Below are positions 1 to 11,037 of a stretch of 64,000 bases of DNA, piece after piece. Made by a program: the position numbers and the translations under genes. The notes beneath the pieces were generated by a model that saw only the letters and a list, made by a program, of their open reading frames with translations, was not told the DNA's origin and did not search any database. Source of the DNA: Escherichia coli (GTDB lineage Bacteria > Pseudomonadota > Gammaproteobacteria > Enterobacterales > Enterobacteriaceae); assembly GCF_045037415.1 (NCBI RefSeq), contig NZ_CP173438.1. One strand, given 5' to 3'. The number at the start of each line of letters is the position of its first letter. The first letter of the stretch is position 1.

Positions 1-661
<661 letters not shown>

Positions 662-697
662 CTCTGTTCAGGTGGCCAAATTCAGTAAACCACTTCA

Positions 698-1576
698 CTG
701 TCAGACAGTCCCTTTTATGGTCTGGTACTGATTTGCATTCTGGTGGCGATCTCCTCACGCGGCGAGAAATTGTTATTCAAAATTTCGACCGGCATGGTGC
801 TGACCAAGCTGCTGGTGGTCGCGGCGCTGGGCGTGTCGATGGTGGGAATGTGGCATCTGTATAACGTCGGTTCGCTACCGCCGCTGGGGCTGCTGATGAA
901 AAACGCCATTATTACGCTGCCGTTTACCCTGACGTCGATTCTATTTATCCAGACGTTAAGCCCGATGGTGATCTCTTATCGCTCGCGGGAAAAATCAATT
1001 GAAGTGGCGCGGCATAAAGCATTGCGGGCAATGAATATCGCGTTTGGCATTTTGTTTGTCACCGTCTTTTTCTACGCCGTGTCGTTCACGCTGGCGATGG
1101 GACATGACGAAGCGGTAAAAGCCTACGAGCAGAATATTTCCGCGCTGGCGATTGCCGCACAGTTTATTAGCGGTGACGGCGCAGCGTGGGTGAAAGTGGT
1201 CAGCGTCATTCTCAATATCTTTGCTGTAATGACTGCATTCTTTGGCGTCTATTTAGGCTTTCGCGAAGCAACGCAAGGGATCGTAATGAACATCCTGCGT
1301 CGCAAGATACCTGCCGAGAAGATTAACGAAAATCTCGTTCAGCGCGGCATCATGATTTTCGCCATTTTGCTGGCCTGGAGCGCCATCGTACTGAACGCCC
1401 CGGTGTTGAGCTTCACCTCTATCTGTAGCCCGATTTTCGGCATGGTAGGGTGCCTGATCCCGGCGTGGCTGGTTTACAAAGTACCGGCATTGCACAAATA
1501 CAAAGGGATGTCTTTGTACCTGATTATCGTCACTGGTTTGTTGCTTTGTGTTTCTCCGTTCCTGGCATTTTCTTGA
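698..1576 (+). pseudogene. cyuP: cyuP (yhaO) L-cysteine/serine transporter, 3' fragment (about 293 codons); 5' part displaced by IS911
   Basis: ORF 743..1576 (HAAAP-family transporter C-terminus) stays open in frame upstream (LSDSPFYGLVLICILVAISS..) right up to the IS boundary at 697; no native start or promoter. Confidence 0.8.
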
Positions 1577-1603
1577 TTTACCTGAAATTTTAAGGTTTTT
1601 AAT

Positions 1604-2914
1604 ATGTTTGATTCGACTTTAAATCCGTTATGGCAGCGTTACATCCTCGCCGTTCAGGAGGAAGTAAAACCGGCGCTGGGGTGTACTGAACCGATTTCAC
1701 TGGCGCTGGCGGCGGCGGTTGCTGCGGCTGAACTGGAAGGTCCGGTTGAACGTGTAGAAGCCTGGGTTTCGCCAAATCTGATGAAGAACGGTCTGGGTGT
1801 CACCGTTCCCGGTACAGGAATGGTGGGGCTGCCAATTGCGGCGGCGCTGGGAGCGTTAGGTGGAAATGCTAACGCCGGGCTGGAAGTGCTGAAAGACGCA
1901 ACTGCGCAGGCAATTTCCGATGCCAAAGCACTGCTGGCGGCGGGGAAAGTCTCAGTTAAGATCCAGGAACCTTGCGATGAAATCCTCTTCTCACGCGCCA
2001 AAGTCTGGAACGGTGAGAAATGGGCGTGTGTCACCATCGTCGGCGGGCATACCAACATTGTGCATATTGAGACGCACAATGGTGTGGTGTTTACCCAGCA
2101 GGCGTGTGTGGCAGAGGGCGAGCAAGAGTCGCCGCTGACGGTGCTTTCCAGGACGACGCTGGCTGAGATCCTGAAGTTCGTCAATGAAGTCCCGTTTGCG
2201 GCGATCCGCTTTATTCTCGATTCTGCGAAGTTAAATTGTGCGTTATCGCAGGAAGGTTTGAGCGGTAACTGGGGGCTGCATATTGGTGCGACGCTGGAAA
2301 AACAGTGCGCGCGCGGTTTGCTGGCGAAAGATCTCTCTTCATCCATTGTGATTCGTACCAGCGCGGCATCCGATGCGCGTATGGGCGGCGCTACGCTTCC
2401 GGCAATGAGTAACTCCGGCTCGGGTAACCAGGGGATCACCGCAACAATGCCCGTGGTGGTGGTAGCTGAACACTTCGGAGCGGATGATGAACGGCTGGCG
2501 CGTGCGCTGATGCTTTCGCATTTGAGCGCGATTTACATCCATAACCAGTTACCGCGTTTGTCTGCGCTGTGTGCCGCAACGACCGCAGCAATGGGGGCCG
2601 CTGCCGGGATGGCATGGCTGGTGGATGGGCGTTATGAAACCATCTCGATGGCGATCAGCAGTATGATCGGCGATGTCAGCGGCATGATTTGCGATGGTGC
2701 ATCGAACAGCTGCGCGATGAAGGTTTCGACCAGTGCTTCGGCTGCGTGGAAAGCGGTGTTAATGGCGCTGGATGATACCGCCGTGACCGGCAATGAAGGG
2801 ATTGTGGCGCATGATGTTGAGCAGTCGATTGCCAACCTGTGTGCGTTAGCAAGCCATTCGATGCAGCAAACGGATCGGCAGATTATCGAGATTATGGCGA
2901 GCAAGGCCAGATAA
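1604..2914 (+). CDS. cyuA: L-cysteine desulfidase CyuA (YhaM, UPF0597)
   Basis: 436-aa [41 protein letters not shown]..., recognised as YhaM/CyuA; 27 bp after cyuP stop (operon). Confidence 0.92.
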   Translation: MFDSTLNPLWQRYILAVQEEVKPALGCTEPISLALAAAVAAAELEGPVERVEAWVSPNLMKNGLGVTVPGTGMVGLPIAAALGALGGNANAGLEVLKDATAQAISDAKALLAAGKVSVKIQEPCDEILFSRAKVWNGEKWACVTIVGGHTNIVHIETHNGVVFTQQACVAEGEQESPLTVLSRTTLAEILKFVNEVPFAAIRFILDSAKLNCALSQEGLSGNWGLHIGATLEKQCARGLLAKDLSSSIVIRTSAASDARMGGATLPAMSNSGSGNQGITATMPVVVVAEHFGADDERLARALMLSHLSAIYIHNQLPRLSALCAATTAAMGAAAGMAWLVDGRYETISMAISSMIGDVSGMICDGASNSCAMKVSTSASAAWKAVLMALDDTAVTGNEGIVAHDVEQSIANLCALASHSMQQTDRQIIEIMASKAR

Positions 2915-2932
2915 ACGCCCGGTTTTGGGTAT

Positions 2933-2968
2933 TGTGCCGGATAAGGCGTTTGCGCCGCATCCGGCAAC
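2933..2968. repeat. REP element
   Basis: tgccggataaggcgtttgcgccgcatccggcaa, canonical REP palindrome. Confidence 0.8.
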
Positions 2969-2974
2969 CTGTCT

Positions 2975-3139
2975 TTACGCGGTAGCTTCATCCTCGGCTA
3001 AACGCGTTTCAGCATCCGCGACGATGGCTTCCAGTTCGCTCAACATCTCTTCATAGCCAAAATTTTTGGCGGTACGAGCAGGTTCTTTCGCCACCACGGG
3101 CTTCACTGGCTGGCGCTTTTTGGCCGATTTTTTACTCAT
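2975..3139 (-). CDS. yhaL: small protein YhaL (54 aa), not in ORF track
   Basis: Minus-strand ORF MSKKSAKKRQPVKPVVAKEPARTAKNFGYEEMLSELEAIVADAETRLAEDEATA*, read by hand; below the 60-aa track cutoff. Confidence 0.65.
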   Translation of the reverse strand: MSKKSAKKRQPVKPVVAKEPARTAKNFGYEEMLSELEAIVADAETRLAEDEATA

Positions 3140-3161
3140 CATCATCTCCCTGTAAAAACAA

Positions 3162-3863
3162 CTAGACAGGCAAATCTATCAGCAAAGCGCGCAGTGGGGA
3201 ATCGGCAACCAGCGTAATGTTAGCCTCGTCACGAATAAACGCCCCATCACCGCAGGTTAGCGCCGCTTTCTCTTCATGATGCGTAAGCGCATGAAATTTC
3301 CCGTGAATCGATTGCAAATACGCGCGTGGCCCATGCAACTGGAAATTCGCACTTTCGCCTTTGTCGAGCACGATATGGTGCAGCCACACTTGCTGGCGCA
3401 ATTGCAGGCTTCCCATCCCACCTTCTGGCGAGGCGATTAATTGCTGCTTGCTCATATTAAGCGCCAGCTTTTGAATCAGCGGATTCTCTCGCTGCGGGCA
3501 GGCATCCAGCCAAAGCTGCATTCGCGTTAACGGTTTGTCTTTGCTGAGATTGTGTTCGCTATAGCTGACACCCGGCTGGGTAGAGAGCAGCAACACCTCA
3601 CCAGTGCTGGCCTGAACATGATTGCCTTCGCTGTCGCGATACTCAGCTTCTCCATCCAGAATCACATTTAAAATATCGACTTTGGGATAGGTTCGTGGCT
3701 GAAAGGCGGCACCTGGGGCCAGCACTTCCTGGTTAAGCACGCGCAGAGAGGCATAGCCTAACAATTTCGGGTCGAAGTAGTGTCCAAAGGAAAAAGTATA
3801 CCGGGCCTGCAACCATCCGTAGTCTGCTTGTCCACACTGCCTGGCAGTTCGGGTAGTAATCAT
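3162..3863 (-). CDS. yhaK: pirin-like bicupin protein YhaK
   Basis: 233-aa ORF MITTRTARQCGQADYGWLQARYTFSFGHYFDP... Confidence 0.9.
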   Translation of the reverse strand: MITTRTARQCGQADYGWLQARYTFSFGHYFDPKLLGYASLRVLNQEVLAPGAAFQPRTYPKVDILNVILDGEAEYRDSEGNHVQASTGEVLLLSTQPGVSYSEHNLSKDKPLTRMQLWLDACPQRENPLIQKLALNMSKQQLIASPEGGMGSLQLRQQVWLHHIVLDKGESANFQLHGPRAYLQSIHGKFHALTHHEEKAALTCGDGAFIRDEANITLVADSPLRALLIDLPV

Positions 3864-3967
3864 AATTCTTGACCTCTCTTTACTTCCTTTTATGGTAAGG
3901 GGCTGGACGCTACATTGTTAGCCAGATATTCTGCCCGGTATGTTCAAATTTCCTGAATGAGAACGAA

Positions 3968-4864
3968 ATGGCCAAAGAAAGGGCATTAACGCTGGAAGCA
4001 CTACGGGTTATGGATGCGATCGATCGCCGGGGCAGTTTTGCGGCGGCGGCGGATGAGCTGGGACGCGTGCCTTCCGCACTTAGCTACACCATGCAAAAAC
4101 TGGAAGAAGAGCTGGATGTGGTGCTGTTTGACCGCTCGGGCCATCGCACCAAATTCACCAATGTCGGGAGGATGTTGCTGGAGCGAGGGCGCGTTTTGCT
4201 GGAAGCCGCAGATAAACTGACTACCGATGCGGAAGCCCTCGCGCGCGGTTGGGAAACGCATCTCACCATTGTGACCGAGGCGCTGGTACCGACACCTGCC
4301 TTTTTCCCGTTAATCGACAAACTGGCGGCAAAAGCCAATACCCAACTGGCAATTATCACCGAAGTGCTGGCGGGGGCGTGGGAACGGCTGGAGCAGGGGC
4401 GGGCGGATATCGTTATCGCGCCGGATATGCATTTTCGTTCCTCGTCGGAGATCAACTCGCGCAAACTCTATACCTTAATGAACGTCTATGTTGCCGCGCC
4501 GGATCACCCGATTCATCAGGAGCCGGAACCGTTATCTGAAGTGACGCGCGTGAAATATCGTGGAATTGCGGTGGCGGATACCGCTCGTGAGCGCCCGGTG
4601 TTGACCGTACAGTTGCTGGACAAACAGCCGCGCTTAACGGTGAGCACGATTGAAGATAAACGTCAGGCATTACTGGCGGGGCTTGGCGTGGCGACGATGC
4701 CGTATCCGATGGTCGAAAAAGATATTGCGGAAGGGCGGTTGCGTGTCGTCAGCCCGGAATCGACCAGCGAGATCGATATTATTATGGCCTGGCGTCGTGA
4801 CAGTATGGGGGAGGCGAAATCCTGGTGTCTGCGGGAAATTCCCAAACTTTTTAGCGGAAAATAA
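3968..4864 (+). CDS. yhaJ: LysR-family transcriptional regulator YhaJ
   Basis: 298-aa ORF with N-terminal HTH (LEALRVMDAIDRRGSFAAAADELGRVPSALSYTMQKLE), divergent from yhaK. Confidence 0.9.
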   Translation: MAKERALTLEALRVMDAIDRRGSFAAAADELGRVPSALSYTMQKLEEELDVVLFDRSGHRTKFTNVGRMLLERGRVLLEAADKLTTDAEALARGWETHLTIVTEALVPTPAFFPLIDKLAAKANTQLAIITEVLAGAWERLEQGRADIVIAPDMHFRSSSEINSRKLYTLMNVYVAAPDHPIHQEPEPLSEVTRVKYRGIAVADTARERPVLTVQLLDKQPRLTVSTIEDKRQALLAGLGVATMPYPMVEKDIAEGRLRVVSPESTSEIDIIMAWRRDSMGEAKSWCLREIPKLFSGK

Positions 4865-4897
4865 TCGATTAAGCACCTTTTACAAGGTGCTTAATTA

Positions 4898-5263
4898 TTA
4901 TTCTTGTTCCAGTTTCGGATCTGGTCCAAAGCGGTTTTCGCCTGGCGTACCCGCCTGGCAGTTAAAGACGATGATAATAAGCCAGCCGATAAACGGGATT
5001 AAGAATAGCAGTGCCCACCACGCCGAGCGGTCGGTGTCGTGCAGGCGGCGGAACTGAACTGCCCACCATGGTAAAAACACCAGAATACCGTAGATTGTCG
5101 TCAGGATGCCTTCGCCACCGGCACGTTGCCAGCCTAACATTTTATCCAGTAGCCCCAGCACGAACGTAAAGATGATGTTGACCAGAATAAACATCCAGTA
5201 CTCTTTGCGCCGCGCACGACCCCGGAAACCGACATAATTTTTTAGTACTTTCAGATACCAGTC
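4898..5263 (-). CDS. yhaH: DUF805 inner-membrane protein (YhaH-like, 121 aa)
   Basis: ORF ...MDWYLKVLKNYVGFRGRARRKEYWMFILVN...; start taken at MDWYL; length fits YhaH; this is the only DUF805 gene here. Confidence 0.7.
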   Translation of the reverse strand, partial: DWYLKVLKNYVGFRGRARRKEYWMFILVNIIFTFVLGLLDKMLGWQRAGGEGILTTIYGILVFLPWWAVQFRRLHDTDRSAWWALLFLIPFIGWLIIIVFNCQAGTPGENRFGPDPKLEQE

Positions 5264-5397
5264 CATTTTTGCCTCAATTTTGCTCAATCACTTGTTTTTA
5301 AAGCAGCAAATTAAGAATAGACGTGAATGAAATGGCAGTAAATATTATCGCGATGAATTAATAAGGCGCTGTGAAGGATAAGGGCAAACGCAAAATT

Positions 5398-5497
5398 GCC
5401 AGATGCGCTACGCTTATCTGGCCTGCGCGGTCATTGCAACATATTGAATATAAATGTTTTGTAGGTTTGATAAGGCGTTTACGCCGCATCCGACATG
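5398..5497. repeat. BIME: two REP elements
   Basis: gccagatgcgctacgcttatctggcc and gtaggtttgataaggcgtttacgccgcatccgaca. Confidence 0.75.
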
Positions 5498-5523
5498 AAC
5501 AACACGTACTTAGCTAATTATCA

Positions 5524-5550
5524 GAGGCACCTCGTAAGGTGCCTTTTTTT
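5524..5550 (+). terminator. hairpin plus T7 tract (intrinsic-terminator shape in plus orientation), abutting yqjG stop
   Basis: gaggcacc-tcgtaa-ggtgcc followed by ttttttt. Confidence 0.4.
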
Positions 5551-6535
5551 AACCGAAGCGAACATCTCGTCCATGCGGTTCATCGAGATCCTGCCACGGA
5601 CCAATTGAAATAATCCCCGTAGGGTTGATGGTCTTATGGCTGCGGAAGTAATGATTACGGATGTGATCGAAATTGACTGTTTCGGCAATTCCCGGCATCT
5701 GGTAGATATCGCGCAGGAAGCCATACAGATTCAGGTAATCGCTGATGCGGTGCTTATCACACTTGAAGTGGGTCACATACACTGGATCAAAACGCACCAG
5801 CGTGGTCCACAGGCGAATATCGGCTTCGGTTAGCTGGTTGCCGGTCAGGTAACGGTGCTGACCTAAAATCTGTTCCAGTCGCGCCAGCGATTCAAACACT
5901 TTCGCCACCGCCTCGTCGTAGGCTTGCTGGCTGGTGGCAAAACCGGCTTTATACACGCCATTGTTAATGGTGTCGTAAATCCAGCCGTTAAGTTCGTCAA
6001 TTTTCGGTTGCAGGGCTGGTGGGTAGTAATCTCCAGCTTTCGCACCCAGCGCATCAAACGCGGTATTGAACATGCGTATGATTTCTGCTGATTCGTTGCT
6101 GACGATGGTGTGGTTTTTTTTGTCCCACAGCACGGGAACAGTAACTCGTCCGCTGTAGTGTGGATCGGCGTGGAGATAAAGCTGATACAGAAATTCATGT
6201 TGATAGAGCGTGTCGCCGCTTGCTCCCGGAAAACTGTCATCAAAGGTCCAGCCGTTTTCCAGCATCAGCGGGTTCACTACGGAAACGGAAATAAACGGTT
6301 CCAGTCCTTTGAGCTTACGCATGATCAGCGTGCGGTGTGCCCACGGGCAGGCGAGTGAAACATAGAGATGATAACGATCTTTCTCTGCGGCAAAACCGCC
6401 TTTGCCAGTGGGGCCTGGCGCGCCATCGGCAGTGAGCCAGTTACGAAATGCGGAAGCTGAACGTTGAAATTTACCGCCGGTGGATTTGGTATCGTACCAG
6501 GTGTCATGCCAGACGCCGTCAATCAGTTGACCCAT
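5549..6535 (-). CDS. yqjG: glutathionyl-hydroquinone reductase YqjG (Xi-class GST)
   Basis: ORF ...MGQLIDGVWHDTWYDTKSTGGKFQRSASAFRNW...; start taken at MGQLIDG. Confidence 0.9.
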   Translation of the reverse strand: MGQLIDGVWHDTWYDTKSTGGKFQRSASAFRNWLTADGAPGPTGKGGFAAEKDRYHLYVSLACPWAHRTLIMRKLKGLEPFISVSVVNPLMLENGWTFDDSFPGASGDTLYQHEFLYQLYLHADPHYSGRVTVPVLWDKKNHTIVSNESAEIIRMFNTAFDALGAKAGDYYPPALQPKIDELNGWIYDTINNGVYKAGFATSQQAYDEAVAKVFESLARLEQILGQHRYLTGNQLTEADIRLWTTLVRFDPVYVTHFKCDKHRISDYLNLYGFLRDIYQMPGIAETVNFDHIRNHYFRSHKTINPTGIISIGPWQDLDEPHGRDVRFG

Positions 6536-6604
6536 TTTTCTATCCTCCAATAGCAAAAACGAGGAGCTTCCCCCTCGTTTTTTATCGTTAAGTATAGCGC
6601 GTGC

Positions 6605-6997
6605 TTACCACTTTTTATTCAGCAGGCGGTCGATGCTGAATGCGCCTGGACCGGTAATTGCCAGCAGCAGGAATCCGCCAGAAATAGTCAGGTTTTTCAT
6701 AAACATCAGCGAGTTCATGCCTTCTGCAAAATTGCTGTGAAATAAAAATGCCGTCAGCAGCGTAAAGCCCGCAGTAAACAGGGCTGTGGTACGTGTCAGG
6801 AAACCGAACAGGATTGCCAGACCACCACCAAACTCAAGCAGAATCACCAGCGGCAGCATAAAGCCGGGGACGCCCATTGCTTCCATATATTGTTGGGTAC
6901 CCGCGTAGCCAGTAATTTTTCCCCAGCCTGCGGTAATAAACAGAATCGGCATTAAAATACGCGCTACCAGTACACCAACATCTTCTAATTTTTTCAT
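6605..6997 (-). CDS. yqjF: DoxX-family inner-membrane protein YqjF
   Basis: ORF ...MKKLEDVGVLVARILMPILFITAGWGK...; start at MKKLEDV gives 130 aa. Confidence 0.85.
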   Translation of the reverse strand: MKKLEDVGVLVARILMPILFITAGWGKITGYAGTQQYMEAMGVPGFMLPLVILLEFGGGLAILFGFLTRTTALFTAGFTLLTAFLFHSNFAEGMNSLMFMKNLTISGGFLLLAITGPGAFSIDRLLNKKW

Positions 6998-7183
6998 CAT
7001 ACTCTCCACTGCGCCGCTCAGGCTGCTGATTGTTTTTTTGTGCAAGGGCGCGCTATTAGCGTCGTTGCTGTCGATGGAGAGAATCATAAACGTGGCGAAG
7101 CGTGATTGTTAGCAAGGAAAACTGTCAAATATTTTCAAAAAATTTGAGGAATAAGGCCGGAATTTCTCCGGCCAGAGAGGAAG

Positions 7184-7483
7184 TTAACCGCGAAGCTGTT
7201 GTTGCTTGAGGGTTGTTTTCACCAGACGCCAGGCGCTCCATACACCAAAACCGCGTCTGGCCCAGCGGACCAGCATATTAGGATGGCGAATCGTCCAGAT
7301 AGCCATCACGCTACTGCCAACCAGCGCCCAGGAGCGCAGACTCAACAGCATATTCCAGCGACGATCGTAAGCGCCTGTTGCCTCCAGCCATTCACGACGA
7401 GTGGCGGAAAGATCCAGCCGTTGTTGCTGGATCTGGCTAAGCAGTTGCGCCTTACGTCGTTCACGTTCGACTTTACTGCTCAC
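7184..7483 (-). CDS. yqjK: small protein YqjK (99 aa), GTG start
   Basis: ..VSSKVERERRKAQLLSQIQQQRLDLSATRREWLEA...; GTG start at 7483 gives the expected 99 aa. Confidence 0.8.
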   Translation of the reverse strand: MSSKVERERRKAQLLSQIQQQRLDLSATRREWLEATGAYDRRWNMLLSLRSWALVGSSVMAIWTIRHPNMLVRWARRGFGVWSAWRLVKTTLKQQQLRG

Positions 7484-7877
7484 GGGACTCCTCCTCGAGC
7501 AGCTGCCGATCGTTTGCCAGCTCATGGCACGTGTGGCGCAGCAACGTAGACTTACGCGATTTACGTAACGTCCAGATGCCGCCAATCAGTGCCAGTAGCA
7601 GCAACACCACGGTGGTGGCAATCATCGCATTCAGGCGATATTGCGGATCAACCGCCCAGATAATTAGCACCATCAGGCTCATAAGACCAAATGCAGCGAA
7701 AAGCATCGTCAGGCCCAGCATCAGTAAAAGTTGAAAGAGATTCGCTTTTTCCTCTTCCAGCTCCACCACCGCCAGCCGCAGACGTGTCTCCACCATTTCA
7801 ACCATGATGGAAACAATTCGCTGCCCGATGCCCAGAACGCTTTTACCGGGCCCTTGCGCGTGATGAGTGTCCGCCAT
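7473..7877 (-). CDS. yqjE: DUF1469 inner-membrane protein YqjE
   Basis: MADTHHAQGPGKSVLGIGQRIVSIMVEMVETRLRLAVVELEEEK...; overlaps yqjK start by 11 nt. Confidence 0.85.
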   Translation of the reverse strand: MADTHHAQGPGKSVLGIGQRIVSIMVEMVETRLRLAVVELEEEKANLFQLLLMLGLTMLFAAFGLMSLMVLIIWAVDPQYRLNAMIATTVVLLLLALIGGIWTLRKSRKSTLLRHTCHELANDRQLLEEESREQ

Positions 7878-7879
7878 AA

Positions 7880-8185
7880 TTAACGACGCGACAGCAGAAC
7901 GCCGAGCACTACACCGATTGCTGCGCCAATGCCCACGCCCGTCCACGGATTTTCACGCACATACTCATCGGCACGCGCCGCCGCGACACGGGTTTGTTTG
8001 GCAATGGCATCACCGGTTTCACCCAGGCGATAACGGCTCTGTTTCAGTGCCTGCTCCGCTTTGCTACGAATCTTACTCAACTCTTCTTTTGACTTCTCGC
8101 CAGATGAGCTAAGCACCTCTTCCAGCGTATCGGAAAGGGATTTCAACTCAGCACGCAGATGTTCCGTAGTGTGTTCTTTCGACAT
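7880..8185 (-). CDS. yqjD: ElaB-family ribosome/membrane-associated protein YqjD (DUF883)
   Basis: 101-aa ORF MSKEHTTEHLRAELKSLSDTLEEVLSSSGEKSKEE... with C-terminal TM anchor. Confidence 0.9.
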   Translation of the reverse strand: MSKEHTTEHLRAELKSLSDTLEEVLSSSGEKSKEELSKIRSKAEQALKQSRYRLGETGDAIAKQTRVAAARADEYVRENPWTGVGIGAAIGVVLGVLLSRR

Positions 8186-8222
8186 AGTTTTCTCCAGGTG
8201 AGTAAGTAGTGACTATTGTGAG

Positions 8223-8591
8223 TTAGTAGTCGCGCGCTTCCAGCTTTTTCAGCTCTTCCTGCGCTTCTGCCAGTTTCCGTTCGCGTTTGGCAATCTTATC
8301 TGCATCGCCTTTTTGCTTCGCCTCGGCTAAATCTTGCTGGCGTTCCGCCACCTCATCTTTCTGCTTTGCGATTTTCTTCTGATGATCGGCACGCAGTTGG
8401 CTATCTGAACAGTTGGCCCGGACTTCACTCAGGGCTTTATTCAGACCGTCAATACGATTCTGGTTTTGGTGTTTTTCGGCATAGCTGATCTCCTTAAGGA
8501 TATTTTGCTCCTTTTCCTGACACAGGGTAGTGGCATAACTACCGGCACTAAGAGCAAAGAGAGAAACAGCTAAAGCGATGCGGTATTTCAT
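8223..8591 (-). CDS. yqjC: periplasmic DUF1090 protein YqjC
   Basis: MKYRIALAVSLFALSAGSYA signal peptide then coiled-coil KKIAKQKDEVAERQQDLAEAKQK. Confidence 0.85.
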   Translation of the reverse strand: MKYRIALAVSLFALSAGSYATTLCQEKEQNILKEISYAEKHQNQNRIDGLNKALSEVRANCSDSQLRADHQKKIAKQKDEVAERQQDLAEAKQKGDADKIAKRERKLAEAQEELKKLEARDY

Positions 8592-8737
8592 TCTTGAACC
8601 TTCCATTGTGATTCGGACCTATTACAAAGGAACGATTGTCCAGACAACGAAGCGGTCGTGTTAACCACCGCCTCATTAATCATAGACAGTTACGGTGAAA
8701 TCACCAAAGTGAGTGATCTGTTTCGGATAACAGGAAG

Positions 8738-9121
8738 TTATCCGAAGCGATGAGAGTTATCCCGCAACCGGGTCAGCCACTGCATAGCCTGACTGTTATT
8801 GTCCTGCTGCGCAATGATGTAGCCATGGGGCAATGTTCTGTCGAGGACCGCTTTTGCGGCGGCGCTCTGGTCGCTGGAGTCAAAGGTAATTAACAGAGTG
8901 TCGTTTTTGGGGGTGATACTTTTGAAAGGAATGCCGTGAGCGTCAAGGTGATGCCAGATTGAAAAACCGTCTGGCATCGTTGTCCCTTGATGAACGGCAC
9001 GAATCGCCAGCGTAGACTCTTGCTGGCGAACCGCGGACCAGGCCAGCAATAGTGTGCTGACCAGAAGTAAAACAGCGCCGGACCAGGCTAGCTGGCGAAG
9101 TGACATGCGAGGTATTTGCAT
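8738..9121 (-). CDS. mzrA: MzrA (YqjB), modulator of EnvZ/OmpR
   Basis: 127-aa [37 protein letters not shown]...; 3 bp downstream of yqjA (operon). Confidence 0.88.
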   Translation of the reverse strand: MQIPRMSLRQLAWSGAVLLLVSTLLLAWSAVRQQESTLAIRAVHQGTTMPDGFSIWHHLDAHGIPFKSITPKNDTLLITFDSSDQSAAAKAVLDRTLPHGYIIAQQDNNSQAMQWLTRLRDNSHRFG

Positions 9122-9124
9122 CCC

Positions 9125-9787
9125 TTACCCCCGATTTCCATATTTCTTTTTCCATAACACGACCAGAGAACCTGCCAGGCCAAACACCAGCAGCACCACC
9201 GGGAGCAGCATCAGGCATGACATCAGCTGGTCCTCGAACTTTAAAAATACCGGTGTTTTGCCGAGCATGTAACCCAGAGTTGTCAGGATCAACACCCACA
9301 GCAGACCACTCATCCAGTTGAAGAACTGAAAGCGCGCGTTATTCAGCCCTGATAACCCGGCAATCGTCGGCAGCAGTGTTCTGACAAACGCAATAAAGCG
9401 ACCAATTAACAGCGCCGATAAACCGTGTTTATGAAAAAGATGGTGTGCGCGTTGATGATAATGCGCGGGTAAATGAGATAGCCAGTTTTGTACGGTGCGG
9501 GTATTGCCCAGCCATCGCCCCTGAATATAGCTGACCCAGCAACCGAGGCTGGCGGCAACGGTCAGCAGCAGAATCGTTTGCGGATAGCCCATCGCGCCTT
9601 TCGCAATCAATACGCCGACCAGTACCAGTAAACTGTCGCCCGGTAAAAAGGCCGCCGGAAGCAAGCCGTTTTCAAGGAACAAAATGACAAACAAGACAAA
9701 ATACAACATGCCAATCATCGACGGATTGGCCAGGGTTTCAAAATCCTGCGCCCACAGGGCTTGCAGCAATTGGGTCAAAAGTTCCAT
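9125..9787 (-). CDS. yqjA: DedA-family inner-membrane protein YqjA
   Basis: 220-aa [44 protein letters not shown]... Confidence 0.9.
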   Translation of the reverse strand: MELLTQLLQALWAQDFETLANPSMIGMLYFVLFVILFLENGLLPAAFLPGDSLLVLVGVLIAKGAMGYPQTILLLTVAASLGCWVSYIQGRWLGNTRTVQNWLSHLPAHYHQRAHHLFHKHGLSALLIGRFIAFVRTLLPTIAGLSGLNNARFQFFNWMSGLLWVLILTTLGYMLGKTPVFLKFEDQLMSCLMLLPVVLLVFGLAGSLVVLWKKKYGNRG

Positions 9788-10095
9788 TCATTATTCCTGG
9801 TGAATCGGTTAACGCCACGCTGGTTTTAAATGATGCACTACCGCAATGTTATTGCTGTCTTGGTATGTTCTGCGGGTTTGATACATCAACACAGCCTGAA
9901 CTATTCCCTGTTAAATCGTGAGATAAGAAAGCATTCAAAAGCATAAATTCAAATTGAATCTAATTGTAACAAAGGTCAACGTTGTTCGTTATCAAAATTA
10001 CATGTCCATGGAGTCTGATTTTGCTGAATGCAGGGGAGGGAGGCGAGAGGATTTACACAGGCTGACACTTTATACTTTTCGCTTACCGACGAGAC

Positions 10096-10125
10096 AAACA
10101 GGCGCACTGTAGCGCCTGTCGGACA
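10096..10125 (-). terminator. putative intrinsic terminator after exuR
   Basis: minus-strand acaggcgc-tacagt-gcgcctgt followed by TTGTCTCG. Confidence 0.45.
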
Positions 10126-10131
10126 GGAATT

Positions 10132-10908
10132 TCATTTACTGCCGCTGGTGGCTGTATCGAGATGCACCACCGGGTTTTCGGCGAACAGATAGCGGTCGGC
10201 ATTGAACTCGAAATCGTCGCTGGTTTCGTTAAATAACATGATCTTGGTGTTTTCCAGGTGCTGCCACATTGCCAGCTTAGCAGCATGAGGATCTTTGCGA
10301 ATCAGCGCCTTGAGGATTTGATCGTGGTCATCACACCAGTTATCGACGGTACGGGCATCAATGTGTTCGTGCAGTTTTTTCCAGTACGGGTTATGACTAC
10401 GCTGGGTCCACATTTTTTCAACGATAGCCGCCAGGGCGGAGTTCTGCGTCGCCAGGGCTACCTGAATATGGAACTGCAAATCCCACTCGGAATCACGGAA
10501 GCATTGTTCGCCGCGTGCCTGCTCCTGAATGGCCATCAATTTCATGATGTCCTGTTTTGTGACCTGAGTTGCCGCGAACTCGGCAATATTACTTTCGATG
10601 AGCTGGCGAGCCTGGAGCAACTCAAACGGACCGTAATTGGCGAATTCCATATTATTGTCAGCCGCCTGCTGATGGCGCGGCTGGTTGGAAACCACATGAA
10701 TACCTGAACCTTTACGCACTTCGACATAGCCTTCAACTTCCAGCATGATGATGGCTTCACGAACCACGGTGCGGCTGACGTTTTTTTCATCGGCAATAAA
10801 GCGTTCGGCAGGCAGTTTATCACCCACCAGATAGACGCCCTGTTCGATGCGCTCTTTCAGATCAGCGGCAAGTTGTTGATACAAACGGCGTGGTTCAGTG
10901 ATTTCCAT
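10132..10908 (-). CDS. exuR: hexuronate regulon repressor ExuR (GntR/FadR family)
   Basis: ORF ..[53 protein letters not shown]..; start at MEITEP gives 258 aa. Confidence 0.92.
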   Translation of the reverse strand: MEITEPRRLYQQLAADLKERIEQGVYLVGDKLPAERFIADEKNVSRTVVREAIIMLEVEGYVEVRKGSGIHVVSNQPRHQQAADNNMEFANYGPFELLQARQLIESNIAEFAATQVTKQDIMKLMAIQEQARGEQCFRDSEWDLQFHIQVALATQNSALAAIVEKMWTQRSHNPYWKKLHEHIDARTVDNWCDDHDQILKALIRKDPHAAKLAMWQHLENTKIMLFNETSDDFEFNADRYLFAENPVVHLDTATSGSK

Positions 10909-11037
10909 ATGCGCTCCAGGCATGATACGGCAGACTATATTTGTTATACCACTTTTGCGAGTTTAGCTCTACTCGCAGTGATGAAAAAGCCGCCTGAGAA
11001 GGCGGCTTTGAAGGGAAACTAAAACTTACACGAAGCC

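Noticed and set aside
1654-2439. 261-aa minus-strand ORF inside cyuA
   Set aside because: Antisense shadow ORF within a well-recognised gene; Ala/Ser/Pro-rich low-complexity translation.
4650-5057. 135-aa plus-strand ORF overlapping the yhaJ 3' end and the DUF805 gene
   Set aside because: Overlaps two recognised genes in the wrong frame or strand; Arg/Trp-rich junk translation.
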